A stretch of DNA of 46,338 nucleotides from Octopus bimaculoides (taxonomy: Eukaryota). A program made the translations under genes and the position numbers. The notes beneath the pieces are model-generated. The model was not told the DNA's origin and made no database searches. It was given only the letters and a program-made list of their open reading frames with translations. Location of the stretch: the NCBI RefSeq assembly GCF_001194135.2, contig NC_069004.1, forward strand, positions 22,950,699-22,997,036. Direction: 5' to 3'. This document shows, piece after piece, positions 35,960 to 46,338 of this stretch (within the stretch, counting starts at the first letter, position 1; every line of letters begins with the position of its first letter).

Positions 35960-37085
35960 ATGAAAACTTGCAGCCTATATTGCTGGGTATGATGGAAAGT
36001 GTCAACTGTCCACAGCCAGTAGACTAAGGTGACACTTGTTTACCGGTCATGCTTCAAGAACCCTGCAAAAAATTCTTGCAGCTCCAAGCAATGCTGATTT
36101 TTGTAGGTGTTCTACCTTCACACTTGCACCAATCTTTTTCGGCCATGTTGGTAGTTGAGTGTTGATACTGCCAAGTGCACCAGTTACTAGTGGTATCACA
36201 ACTACTCTCTTCATTGACCACATCCTTTGCATTTCCCACTTCAAATCGTCATAGTTGTTTATTTCTTTTTGGTCTTCTTCTTTCACATTGATCCTGTTGT
36301 CACCAGGGCATGCTATGTTGATTATCATACATGTTCTTTGTTTTTTATTCACCACTGCAATGTCTGGTTGGGTGATTGCACTAGATCATTGCATTCCACA
36401 TGATTTTGCAATTCTCATTTCCGGTGACTCCTTCTGGAGTTTTCTCATACCACGTCTTTACTCTTTGTAGGTCGTGATTACCACAGAGCTCCCAATGGAT
36501 CATTCTTGCCACATCGTCATGGTGTCTTTTGTATTCGTGTTGTGCCAATTTCGGGCATTCGCTAACGATGTGTCATACTGTTTCACCCCTCTCACCATAC
36601 ATTCTGCATTTGTTGCTATCGGTAATGTTGTCTATTCTGTACTTCATATAGTTGGTCCTTAATGCTTGTTCTTGAGCTGCGCATATGAGTGCTTCTGTCT
36701 CTATCTTCAGGTCACTCCTCCTCATCCATAGCCACTGGTCCTCTGTATCTGTCTTCGTGTTCACATCCCTTGCAAACTGACCATACATTTTCTTTTTTTT
36801 TTTTGTTCATTTCTTGTTTAAATTTTTCTTTAGTTACACAATTTTCAGTTTTGATGACGCCGGCCTTCTTTGTATGTTTCAACAGTGGCTCTGCAGCATT
36901 TTTTATATACCACCCTAAGCTGTTTTCCTCTGCTTCAATACAGTTCTGGCAACTGATCAAACTTCTCAACCTCTCCCACCCTTTCTTCTGACACCTGTCA
37001 GTGTAACTCTTAGGGTGGAAAGCTCCGTGTATTGTCATTTTTCTGGTCTTGGTATCCATTTTCTTCACTTCTTTCTTTTGCCATT
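35960..37085 (-). mobile_element. R4/Dong-like RLE LINE, 5'-truncated, decayed
   Basis: KKMDTKTRK..HGAFHPKS, MYGQF, LKIETEALICAAQEQALRTNY, KCRMYGERGETV, IINIACPGD, VVIPLVTGALG, QKSALLGAARIFCRVLEA*; AAT tracts at both ends on the element strand. Confidence 0.88.
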
Positions 37086-37324
37086 TTAAGTATTATTGTT
37101 ATTATTATTAATGTGGCAAGCTGGCAGAATAGTTAGCACACCAGGCAAAATGTTTAACAATATTTCGTCTGCTGCTACATTCTGAGTTCGAATTCCACCA
37201 AGGTCAACTTTGCCTTTCATCCTTTTGGGGGTCGATAAATTAAGTACCAGTTGAGTACTGGGATCGATGTAATCGACTTAACACCTCTCCTGAAATTGCT
37301 CGCCTTGTACCTATACTAGAAAAG

Positions 37325-37393
<69 letters not shown>

Positions 37394-37909
37394 GAGGCAG
37401 TGAGATAGCAGAATCATTAGGCTGTCTTAATGTTCTGATTTCAAATTCCACTGCTGTCGNNNNNNNNNNNNNNNNNNNNNNNNNNNNNNNNNNNNNNNNN
37501 NNNNNNNNNNNNNNNNNNNNNNNNNNNNNNNNNNNNNNNNNNNNNNNNNNNNNNNNNNNNNNNNNNNNNNNNNNNNNNNNNNNNNNNNNNNNNNNNNNNN
37601 NNNNNNNNNNNNNNNNNNNNNNNNNNNNNNNNNNNNNNNNNNNNNNNNNNNNNNNNNNNNNNNNNNNNNNNNNNNNNNNNNNNNNNNNNNNNNNNNNNNN
37701 NNNNNNNNNNNNNNNNNNNNNNNNNNNNNNNNNNNNNNNNNNNNNNNNNNNNNNNNNNNNNNNNNNNNNNNNNNNNNNNNNNNNNNNNNNNNNNNNNNNN
37801 NNNNNNNNNNNNNNNNNNNNNNNNNNNNNNNNNNNNNNNNNNNNNNNAATATAACATTGGTAAAGAAGTAAACAAATAAAAACTAGAATTTATGAGAAGT
37901 AAAAATTAA

Positions 37910-39310
37910 TATTCTTTTCTACTCTAGGCAGAAGGCCCGAAATTTGTGGGGGAGGGGACCAGTCGATTAGATCGACCCCAGTACGCAACTGGTACTTAAT
38001 TTATCGACCCCGAAAGGATGAAAGGCAAAGTCGATCTCGGCGGAAATTGAACTCAGAACGTAACGGCAGATGAAATACCGGCGTGCTGACGTTTCTGCCA
38101 GCCTGCCACCTTTTCTGTTCTTTTCTACTCTAGGCACAAGGCCAGAAATTTTGGGAGAAAAGGGCCAGTTTCGGTCAGCTCGCCGCCTTAATAAAAAGTA
38201 ATATTGAAACGTTACCTTGGTTAATTTATCAGGGGGCCAAAGGAAAAGTATCTGCCGATAGAGATAGACGAAGGGAGACCACTCTTCTGCAAGCATTTAG
38301 ATCAGGTCTCTAATATGAGGAAAAGTTACCTCCCATCTTCCTGCAAATCCTAGAAGGCCTGAAAAATGTCATTAGAAAAACCGCGGAGAAAAACCGTGGA
38401 GGATTAAGCCATGAAAATTATTTCTACTATTGCCACAGAGCCTGGAATTTGCGGGAAGAGGGTTATTCGATTACGTCGACCTCACTGCTCCACTGGTACT
38501 TATTTTATTGACGCTGAAAGCCTGAAAGATAAAGTCAACCTCGGTGAAATTTGAGCTCAGAGCATAAGGCTAGAAGTGCTGTGAGGCATTGTGCCAGCTC
38601 CCCTACTTTTAAACAATAAAAACGAAAGACATATAGATAGATGTAGATGGGTAGCTACAGACATAGATTGATATATAATATAATGTGATATAACCAGAAA
38701 TGACTCTGACGAAAGTATCATTCAGTTTTTCTCAATTGATCAATGGACGAATTGAGTAAACCTACAATGACTTCTGGAAACAGCTGTAAGTCAAACTTAC
38801 TACAATAAATAAAAATATAATGACCATTATTTATGACTTGTCTCATAGTTTAATATAGATATAGCTATATGGCTATCAGTTAATATAGACGGATAGATTT
38901 AAATAGATATAAATTGGTACAGAGAAATAAATATAGACAGATATAGATAAACAGATGTAGTTACATAGTTATAAATTAATATAGATATATAGTTATAGAT
39001 AAATTAATATAGATATATAGTTATAGATAAATTAATATAGATATATAGTTATAGGTAAATATTAGTTTAAAATTTTGGCAGAAGGCCAGCAATTTCAGGG
39101 GATGGAGTAAGTTGATAAAATCGACCCCAGTGTTCAACTGATACTTGAAAAGATTGGTGGCAGATACTGATGTCACGCAACTGGCACCTATGCCAGTGGC
39201 ACGTAAAAGCACCCTTGGAGTGGTTAAGTCAACCACAGCAGAATTTGAACTCAGAATGAAATACCACTAGGTATTTTTCCCAGCATGCTAACAATTCTAC
39301 CAGGTCAGTT
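37910..39310 (-). mobile_element. SINE family B copies, minus strand (about 37910-38100, 38430-38600, 39065-39240)
   Basis: gatcgaccccagtacgcaactggtacttaatttatcgaccccgaaaggatgaaaggcaaagtcga block; the first copy is CpG-rich and well preserved. Confidence 0.8.
38965..39055. repeat. 28-bp minisatellite (ttatagataaattaatatagatatatag)n
   Basis: About three near-identical units inside an ATAGAT-rich zone. Confidence 0.8.
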
Positions 39311-39319
39311 ATAGATAGA

Positions 39320-39555
39320 TACTGACATTGTTGGCACTCCGTCGCTTACGACGAGGGGGGTTCCAGTTGATCCGATCAACGGAACAGCCTGCTCGCGAAA
39401 TTAACGGGCAAGTGGCTGAGCACTCCACAGATACGTGTACCCTTAACGTAGTTCTCGGGGATATTCAGCATGACACAGTGTGACAAGGCTGACCCTTTGA
39501 ATTACAGGCACAACAGAAACAGGAAGTAAGAGTGAGAGAAAGTTGTGGTGAAAGA
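39320..39555 (-). mobile_element. SINE family C 3' body, cut by the gap
   Basis: gttggcactccgtcgcttacg...gatccgatcaacggaacagcctgctc...gtggctgagcactccacagatacgtgtaccc; a decayed relative lies at about 30270-30400. Family identity is from memory of octopus repeats. Confidence 0.6.
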
Positions 39556-40559
39556 NNNNNNNNNNNNNNNNNNNNNNNNNNNNNNNNNNNNNNNNNNNNN
39601 NNNNNNNNNNNNNNNNNNNNNNNNNNNNNNNNNNNNNNNNNNNNNNNNNNNNNNNNNNNNNNNNNNNNNNNNNNNNNNNNNNNNNNNNNNNNNNNNNNNN
39701 NNNNNNNNNNNNNNNNNNNNNNNNNNNNNNNNNNNNNNNNNNNNNNNNNNNNNNNNNNNNNNNNNNNNNNNNNNNNNNNNNNNNNNNNNNNNNNNNNNNN
39801 NNNNNNNNNNNNNNNNNNNNNNNNNNNNNNNNNNNNNNNNNNNNNNNNNNNNNNNNNNNNNNNNNNNNNNNNNNNNNNNNNNNNNNNNNNNNNNNNNNNN
39901 NNNNNNNNNNNNNNNNNNNNNNNNNNNNNNNNNNNNNNNNNNNNNNNNNNNNNNNNNNNNNNNNNNNNNNNNNNNNNNNNNNNNNNNNNNNNNNNNNNNN
40001 NNNNNNNNNNNNNNNNNNNNNNNNNNNNNNNNNNNNNNNNNNNNNNNNNNNNNNNNNNNNNNNNNNNNNNNNNNNNNNNNNNNNNNNNNNNNNNNNNNNN
40101 NNNNNNNNNNNNNNNNNNNNNNNNNNNNNNNNNNNNNNNNNNNNNNNNNNNNNNNNNNNNNNNNNNNNNNNNNNNNNNNNNNNNNNNNNNNNNNNNNNNN
40201 NNNNNNNNNNNNNNNNNNNNNNNNNNNNNNNNNNNNNNNNNNNNNNNNNNNNNNNNNNNNNNNNNNNNNNNNNNNNNNNNNNNNNNNNNNNNNNNNNNNN
40301 NNNNNNNNNNNNNNNNNNNNNNNNNNNNNNNNNNNNNNNNNNNNNNNNNNNNNNNNNNNNNNNNNNNNNNNNNNNNNNNNNNNNNNNNNNNNNNNNNNNT
40401 ATATATATATATATGTATATATATATATTAGGCTTTTATAAGATGCTTCCATTTGAATGCAATACTTTAAATTTAATACCAAAATGCAATGCTAGCAGCA
40501 TGTCTGACTCAATAAACCTGCTTACATCAGAAAGGATATAGATAGTAACAAATTAGTGT

Positions 40560-40597
<38 letters not shown>

Positions 40598-41255
40598 TCC
40601 CATTCATACATACATATTATTTATCCCCACTCAAAAGTGGATGTTCTGTTAGAACAAACTATATACTGCAATAGTAATCATGCTGTAGCTTCATGTAACA
40701 GAACATCCATGTTTAAGTGAAGATAAGTATTACCTCTTCATATTCATACTGCTTCCGTCACTAATAAATATTTTACATACACATTAGTACTGTGCATAAA
40801 GTCAAATGTACCACTGCTACTGTTGAGTTTAAAGCTCCACTTAATGTGTCACTCAGTTTGTTTTAAATAAAGTGGTGTGCTTACTACTGTATTTAGCAGT
40901 ATTACTGTCTATATTATACAGAGCAAATGTAGAGAAAATTATGACAAGTGCAACAAACAGTTTATACCATTTGCACCATGAATGCTCACTGCAGCAGATA
41001 CAAATAACCACATTAGCAAAACATGCACAGATAACAAATGGTATGAACTGTGTTTATGAGATTTTATCACTTCAGGTTCATGATGTTGATAAGCCTCCGA
41101 AAATGGCAAAATATCGATGTCCATCATTCCTGAATGGGATTTGGGGTTTGTTGTGTCACCTGTCTATGACTTTCGGGTGTTTTAACACCCAGCGCTTTGA
41201 AGAAGTCAGCTCCGCTGTACTTCCTGCAGCCTACTGGTGAATAAGCAAAGCATAC

Positions 41256-41303
41256 ATGTTTAATCTATTATCTTTAGTCTGATGAAGTATATTTTATTTA
41301 ATT

Positions 41304-41381
<78 letters not shown>

Positions 41382-41395
41382 AATTAAATATATAA

Positions 41396-41462
<67 letters not shown>

Positions 41463-41476
41463 AATTAAATATATAA

Positions 41477-41541
<65 letters not shown>

Positions 41542-41593
41542 AAGAAATTAAATAAAATATACTTCATCAGACTAAAGATAATAGATTAAACAT
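41256..41593. repeat. Inverted duplication around (CT)n/(TA)n/(AG)n with internal triplication
   Basis: About 50 bp unique arm atgtttaatctattatctttagtctgatgaagtatattttatttaatttcttt recurs as an exact reverse complement ending at 41593. Confidence 0.85.
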
Positions 41594-41623
41594 TATACAT
41601 ATATACATATATACATATATACA

Positions 41624-41657
<34 letters not shown>

Positions 41658-42269
41658 CATACATACATGCATTCATGCATGCATACATACATACATACCT
41701 ACACACACACATATACTTAAGTTGCTTATGTTTAAAATTTTACTAAACCCTTTTCCGTTTTGACTTTGGTAATACATTTATATTAAAAAACAGCTCCTAC
41801 ATGAAATATCTTCCATAGGGCACAAATTAGGGTGATTCATTAACGGGAAAAAAAAAAAAGAAAATATACAAATAAATAAAAATAATTTTGAAAAATTTAG
41901 TTATTGTCTGTTTATGTGTATGTATATATCTATTTAACTGTATTTGTGTGCATACATGTATATTTTGGGTGAGTGTATATGTGCATAGCTGTGTGCGTGT
42001 ATGTGCATGTGTGTGTGGGTGGGTGCGTGTATGTGTCTGTGTGTGCATGCATGTGTGCATGTAACAGTTTGATCTGTAGCTTGGACTGAGGGTTTTGTTC
42101 CTGATGCCAGTTGATAAAGGAAAAGAAATTCAATAAAAATTCTCATCAAGGAATCCTAAGGGTTACTGAGTTTTATGAATGAAATTTGACCTGAGGTCCA
42201 ATTGACAGACATGTATTTATCACTCAGACATGAACACATCAAACTGTATACATTTTTTTATATTATTAG

Positions 42270-42730
42270 ACATGAGATGAAGCAGTGAGAAAGCATCTTC
42301 AGACGTTGAATCTCACAGAGGAGATGACAAGAGACTGTGACTTCTGGCAGTTTGCTGTGATTGGGAAGACATGCCAAGCTAAGTAAAATCATGACTGTCC
42401 GTGCATATGGACATGTCCTCTACAGTCCTGGCTTTCAGTTGAGAAATCCCAGTCTTGCAGGGTTGTGGGTGCTGGTATCACATAAAAGCTCTTTGTACCA
42501 GTGCCACAGAAAAGTGCCTGTGCCACTACCACATAAAAGCACTTGTGCTGGTGCCACATAAAAGATACCCAGTACACTTTGGAAAGTGGTCGGCATTAGG
42601 AAGGGCATCCAGCTATAGATACCATTCCAAAACAGACAAATGATGCCCGAACAGCCCTCTAGCTGGCCAACTCCTGTCAAACTGTCTGACCCATGCCAGC
42701 ATGGAGAACAGATGTTAAAAGATGATGACT
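42270..42730 (+). mobile_element. RTE LINE 3' end with UTR and GAT tail
   Basis: VRKHLQTLNLTEEMTRDCDFWQFAVIGKTCQAK* (MxxDRxxWR-like RTE terminus), then a UTR with ggcattaggaagggcatccagct ending in gatgatga. Confidence 0.75.
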
Positions 42731-42983
42731 GTGATATAACTATATATTCAAAAAGGGAAAAATGAGAAAAGTTACGCATGCTTCGAATCCCAGGTTCTGT
42801 ACTAAAGTAATCACTGGAAGACCCATCAAACCTGTAAGACTCAGAAAACCCTTGGTAAAACAAATGATGATGATGATGATGATGTTGAGACTGTGGTGGT
42901 CACATATAGATTGGCATCAAAAGGGATTAAAAAAAAGAAATGACATATTGAATAATGCATGCCAAGATAAGTTATGTATAAAA

Positions 42984-43212
42984 GGTGGCGAGCTGGCAGT
43001 AACGTTAGCACACCGGGCGAAATGCTTAGCGGTATTTCGTCTGCCGCTACATTCTGAGTACAAATTCCGCCGAGGTCAACTTTGCCTTTCATCCTTTCGG
43101 GGGTCGATTAAAAAAGTACTAGTTACGCACTGGGGTCGATATAATCGACTTAATCCGTTTATCTGTCTTTGTTTGTCCCCTCTGTGTGTAGCCCCTTGTG
43201 GGCAGTAAAAAA
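42984..43212 (+). mobile_element. SINE family B, well-preserved reference copy
   Basis: ggtggcgagcTGGCAGTAACGTTAG (A-box-like) ... GAGTACAAATTCC (B-box-like; GAGTTCAAATTC in other copies), then ctttgcctttcatcctttcggggtcga. Confidence 0.88.
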
Positions 43213-43489
43213 GAAAAAGATAAGATATGTATAAGAGATAGATAGAGTGGTCACAACTGAAATGCTTTTGATCGCTGGGTTATTGGATCAGAGTAGGCCT
43301 GGGGTTAAACAACAACAGCAACAAACTCTGCATGGATCCTATTTGTAGCTGTTTGTGAGTGAGCTAACTTGTTTTGTCTTGGCCATAACAGTAGAGTGCT
43401 GGTAGCAAGAGATGACCTCCAGAATCTTCAATTTGCTGGCCAACCCACAACAGTGAATACCTCATAAACACAACTGAATAGAAATTAAC

Positions 43490-44540
43490 CATACACACCT
43501 AACCCCTCACACTTCACCCTGAAGGACCATAAACCCAACTTCTCTGCTAAACCCCGTATTAAACCAATCTGCCCCACAAAATCAGACTTAGGTCGAATTA
43601 GCAAATGCATAATCCACTGGATCTTAGGAGTAAGGTTAAGCTTCCATTTTGGAATCGTCCCAGTGATGTCATCCCTTGGTTCCACTCCCTTTCTAATAAA
43701 ACACAAACCACACACTCATTTCCTTCAGTTTGACCTTTCCAACTACTATGTCTCCATATCGTTTATTCTATTAACCCTTTCTTTACCATATTTCTCTTGA
43801 AATACACTACTTTAGTTTCAATTAATTTAAAAAACAATGAAGAATTATATGAAATAATTGTCATAATTAAACCGAGGCTTGGAACATTAACTAGCATGGT
43901 ATTGTGAGAGAAGGTTATAATTTAAATTACTTAAAATTAGAAGGTTTGTATCATTGAACCAGGGGTCAGTCTCTAGTGGGTTGGTATCAAAAGGGTTAAA
44001 TGAGGTCCTAATCTTTGCAAGAAAATACACATTTGTCTCCCTAACCGATATCAACATCATCCTAGCAGCTAGGACAACCCTTATATATCTCAATAGTAAT
44101 TACTGATCCCACAACTTGTCTGTCAATTTATTTGATATAACTAAGGGCTCACCTGACTCCACCCAGGTCAGTAACCTGGGTGGCCTCTTCCTTCTTTTCT
44201 GGATTTACATACATTTCCCTAACCTCTCCGGAGGTCTGTACATGGATGATGCACTTCTTACAGCCAGTGGTTTACCTCCACTCTCCATTGAACACATCCA
44301 GAAGACCTTCTATAGATTTTTTAAGAATTATAACCTTACTATCTCCTTTGAAAATAACACCAAAATAGCTAACTTCTTAGATGTCGTTCTCGACTTAGAC
44401 ACAAACCTATATCACCCCTTTCATCAGCCAAATGAACCAATACAATATATCAACATTCTATCCAATCACCCTGCACTTTACCCTTAATAACATTATCATC
44501 AGTATCTCCATTAGAATTTCTAACTTATCAGCAAACGATC
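43490..44540 (+). mobile_element. Penelope-like element reverse transcriptase remnant
   Basis: FTLKDHKPNFSAKPRIKPICPTKSDLGRISK, FLQFD, LFDITKGSPD, GLYMDDAL (YxDD), ANFLDVVLDL, YINILSNHP: PLE RT motifs. Confidence 0.88.
43775..43995. mobile_element. piggyBac-like MITE inserted in the Penelope RT
   Basis: TTAA at 43771-43774 and 43996-43999; ends CCCTTTCTTTACCA and reverse-complement CCCTTTTGATACCA. Removing it rejoins the RT frame (SISFILL-NEVLIFARK). Confidence 0.85.
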
Positions 44541-46012
44541 ACTAATGCACTTTACTTCCAATGTGAGATAGTAAAAATAACCCAATATCAAAGATTTATG
44601 CTGACCACAGGAGTAAATGGACAATATCAAATTTTAATAGACTATCTAGGTAGCATTTGCTTTGAAGACAATGTAAATGTTTGGAGTGTGATGACCCGAT
44701 TATACACAGTAAGATAGTGGTTCCCAACCTGGGGTCCACAGACCCATGGTGGTCTGCAAAGGTAGTACAAGGGATCCATGAAATAAATTCAAAGTTTCAT
44801 ATAAATATANNNNNNNNNNNNNNNNNNNNNNNNNNNNNNNNNNNNNNNNNNNNNNNNNNNNNNNNNNNNNNNNNNNNNNNNNNNNNNNNNNNNNNNNNNN
44901 NNNNNNNNNNNNNNNNNNNNNNNNNNNNNNNNNNNNNNNNNNNNNNNNNNNNNNNNNNNNNNNNNNNNNNNNNNNNNNNNNNNNAAACTTTTTAGACCAT
45001 CAACCACTTCATGGAATCTCTGATCCCTCATTGACCCCAGACATGTACAAAAAATAAACTAATAATAATTAGTGCAGGGAGACTGCATGGCAAACCCTGC
45101 TCTCAATATATATCAGTATGGGAAACTGCATACCATGCCCTGCAAAACTGTTGCTCTGTATCCCCTTCTCCTGTGAACATGTCTCGTGAAATGTAGAGAA
45201 ACAAGAAGGAAAAACTATTTACTGTCATAGTCCCGGAGGAAGTTTGTGAGAGGCAGATGATGGCAGGCAGATGGATAAGGTGAACTTCTCAGATCCTTAT
45301 GCTATACGCATGCACTAGTGCTAGTTTCGACAATTTGCAATGCGCTAGTTTGCATTGGCACCAGTTTCAAGACCAAATCCAACATCAATAATAATAACGA
45401 GAGAGAAGCTTCATAAATAATATTGGTAATATTAACCTTTTCTGTCTACCAATGGGTCCAATGGACCCATTTCAGTTTTCTCAGTTGCTTCTTCCTATTG
45501 TTTATATTATTTGATTCTGCTGATTTCTTGTGACTCTTATTTTTTCTTGACTCTTTTATTTGTCAAATGGGAAATTTTCTGTATGTTTATAAAAGCTAGA
45601 AAATTTCACTTTATACATTAATTACTGTATAGATTCATTGGACCCTCGCATTAAATCCGGCCAATACTCTTGTCATTCTAAACAGAATAAAAGCAGTATC
45701 AAATATTATTTTCCTGGATATTTATCAGATATGAAATAGATAAAATAGGAAAAATTATGAAAATATTCCTGTAAATTTGTGTGGTATTGCATCACCTTCA
45801 ATCTGCTAGGTTACAGGCTGATGCAAAATTTCTGTGATGATGCAATTCTTACAATATATTGCACCATCTTTCAAGAGAGTATAAATATGTGGGAGAGCAA
45901 TATCTGCCTTTAGTCTGCTATCAAGTTTCATGTAGTTCAGTTGTGCTTTCCAGTATGCCTAGATGTGAAAACTTGAGTGAAGACCAAATATTGAAAAGGT
46001 TATTGGAATTAG

Positions 46013-46338
46013 GGGGATATAGCATCATACAACGTGGAAGACAATTGGAGATTTCTGCGGGACAACCTGTTGAAAGCCACCGACCAGATTTGTGGGTGGT
46101 GTAAGGTCCCCTCCCGACCCAGAGTAACGTGGTGGTGGAACAAGGAGGTAGACAGGGCTATTAGACAAAAGAAACAGGCTTGGAAGGACTGGAAGAACGG
46201 TGGTAGCAGGGAATTGTACCAATGTGCCAGAAGGGAGGCTAGGCGACAGGTTTATTTAGCCAGAGGGGAAGCAGATAAGGAAAGATTTGCCAATGTTCTG
46301 CGCCGTGAGGACCAAAGACTCGAGGTATTTCGTGTTGC
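46013..46338 (+). mobile_element. RTE-clade LINE ORF, open to the window edge
   Basis: GDIASYNVEDNWRFLRDNLLKATDQICGWCKVPSRPRVTWWWNKEVDRAIRQKKQAWKDWKNGGSRELYQCARREARRQVYLARGEADKERF...; no stop in about 108 codons; TWWWNxEV..AI..KK is the RTE inter-domain motif. Confidence 0.85.

Larger units (their letters stand above)
32950..37460 (+). mobile_element. Dense chain of about 12 SINE family B copies, all plus strand, separated by (ATT)n/(ACT)n arrays
   Basis: Copies start near 32950, 33120, 33470, 33648, 34255, 34530, 34975, 35195, 35380, 35720, 37110 and 37390. Most show ctgagttcaaatt...ctttgcctttcatcc...aagtaccagt and an aggattattatt tail; some are truncated. Confidence 0.85.

Noticed and set aside
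32950-37460. Repeat-spacer-like periodicity resembling a CRISPR array
   Set aside because: Units are about 200 bp diverged SINEs separated by microsatellites in eukaryotic DNA; no short identical repeats and no cas genes.
38232-38312. Short plus-strand AG-bounded frame GAKGKVSADRDRRRETTLLQAFRSGL*
   Set aside because: Short, no recognisable homology, wedged between SINEs; expected by chance.
40872-41240. Plus-strand 122 aa ORF ending AYW as a fibulin D-type terminal exon
   Set aside because: The plausible acceptor (41074-41075) opens this frame in phase 0, but the donor at 13689 needs phase 2; no fibulin domain III motifs.
12652-45031. Long ORFs full of X in the ORF track (200-326 aa)
   Set aside because: They only span N gaps; there is no coding evidence.
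45434-45655. Possible TIR element with gggtccaatg motifs
   Set aside because: Ends are too decayed to define TIRs or a target duplication.

Overview
AT-rich, repeat-dense eukaryotic genomic scaffold with six N gaps. The SINE/LINE/microsatellite make-up resembles an octopus-like cephalopod (recognition from memory, not a database result). There is one clear host gene: the 3' half of a fibulin-1/2-like gene on the + strand. It has five phase-1 calcium-binding EGF exons (1516-1641, 2712-2840, 6510-6629, 11260-11382, 13547-13688) spliced across an 18.7 kb intron to one terminal exon (32368-32758) encoding the fibulin C-terminal module. The rest is mostly mobile DNA: a complete but decayed 4.2 kb Ty3/Gypsy element (25870-30083, GTGTT target duplication) nested in a SINE; many R4/Dong-like RLE LINE pieces in (AAT)n arrays; RTE, L1/Tx1 and Penelope fragments; at least four SINE families; and TA-, TTAA- and 8-bp-TSD MITEs. 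The most unusual signals are: (1) the Gypsy primer-binding position is complementary to the 5' end, not the 3' CCA end, of tRNA-Phe; (2) chains of Dong LINE ends and one SINE family share (AAT)n arrays and flip strand at the fibulin stop codon, where a SINE supplies the first AATAAA; (3) a near-perfect 130 bp intronic hairpin; (4) a fibulin-1C-type single terminal exon. No prokaryotic features, CRISPR arrays, rRNA or true tRNA genes are supported.
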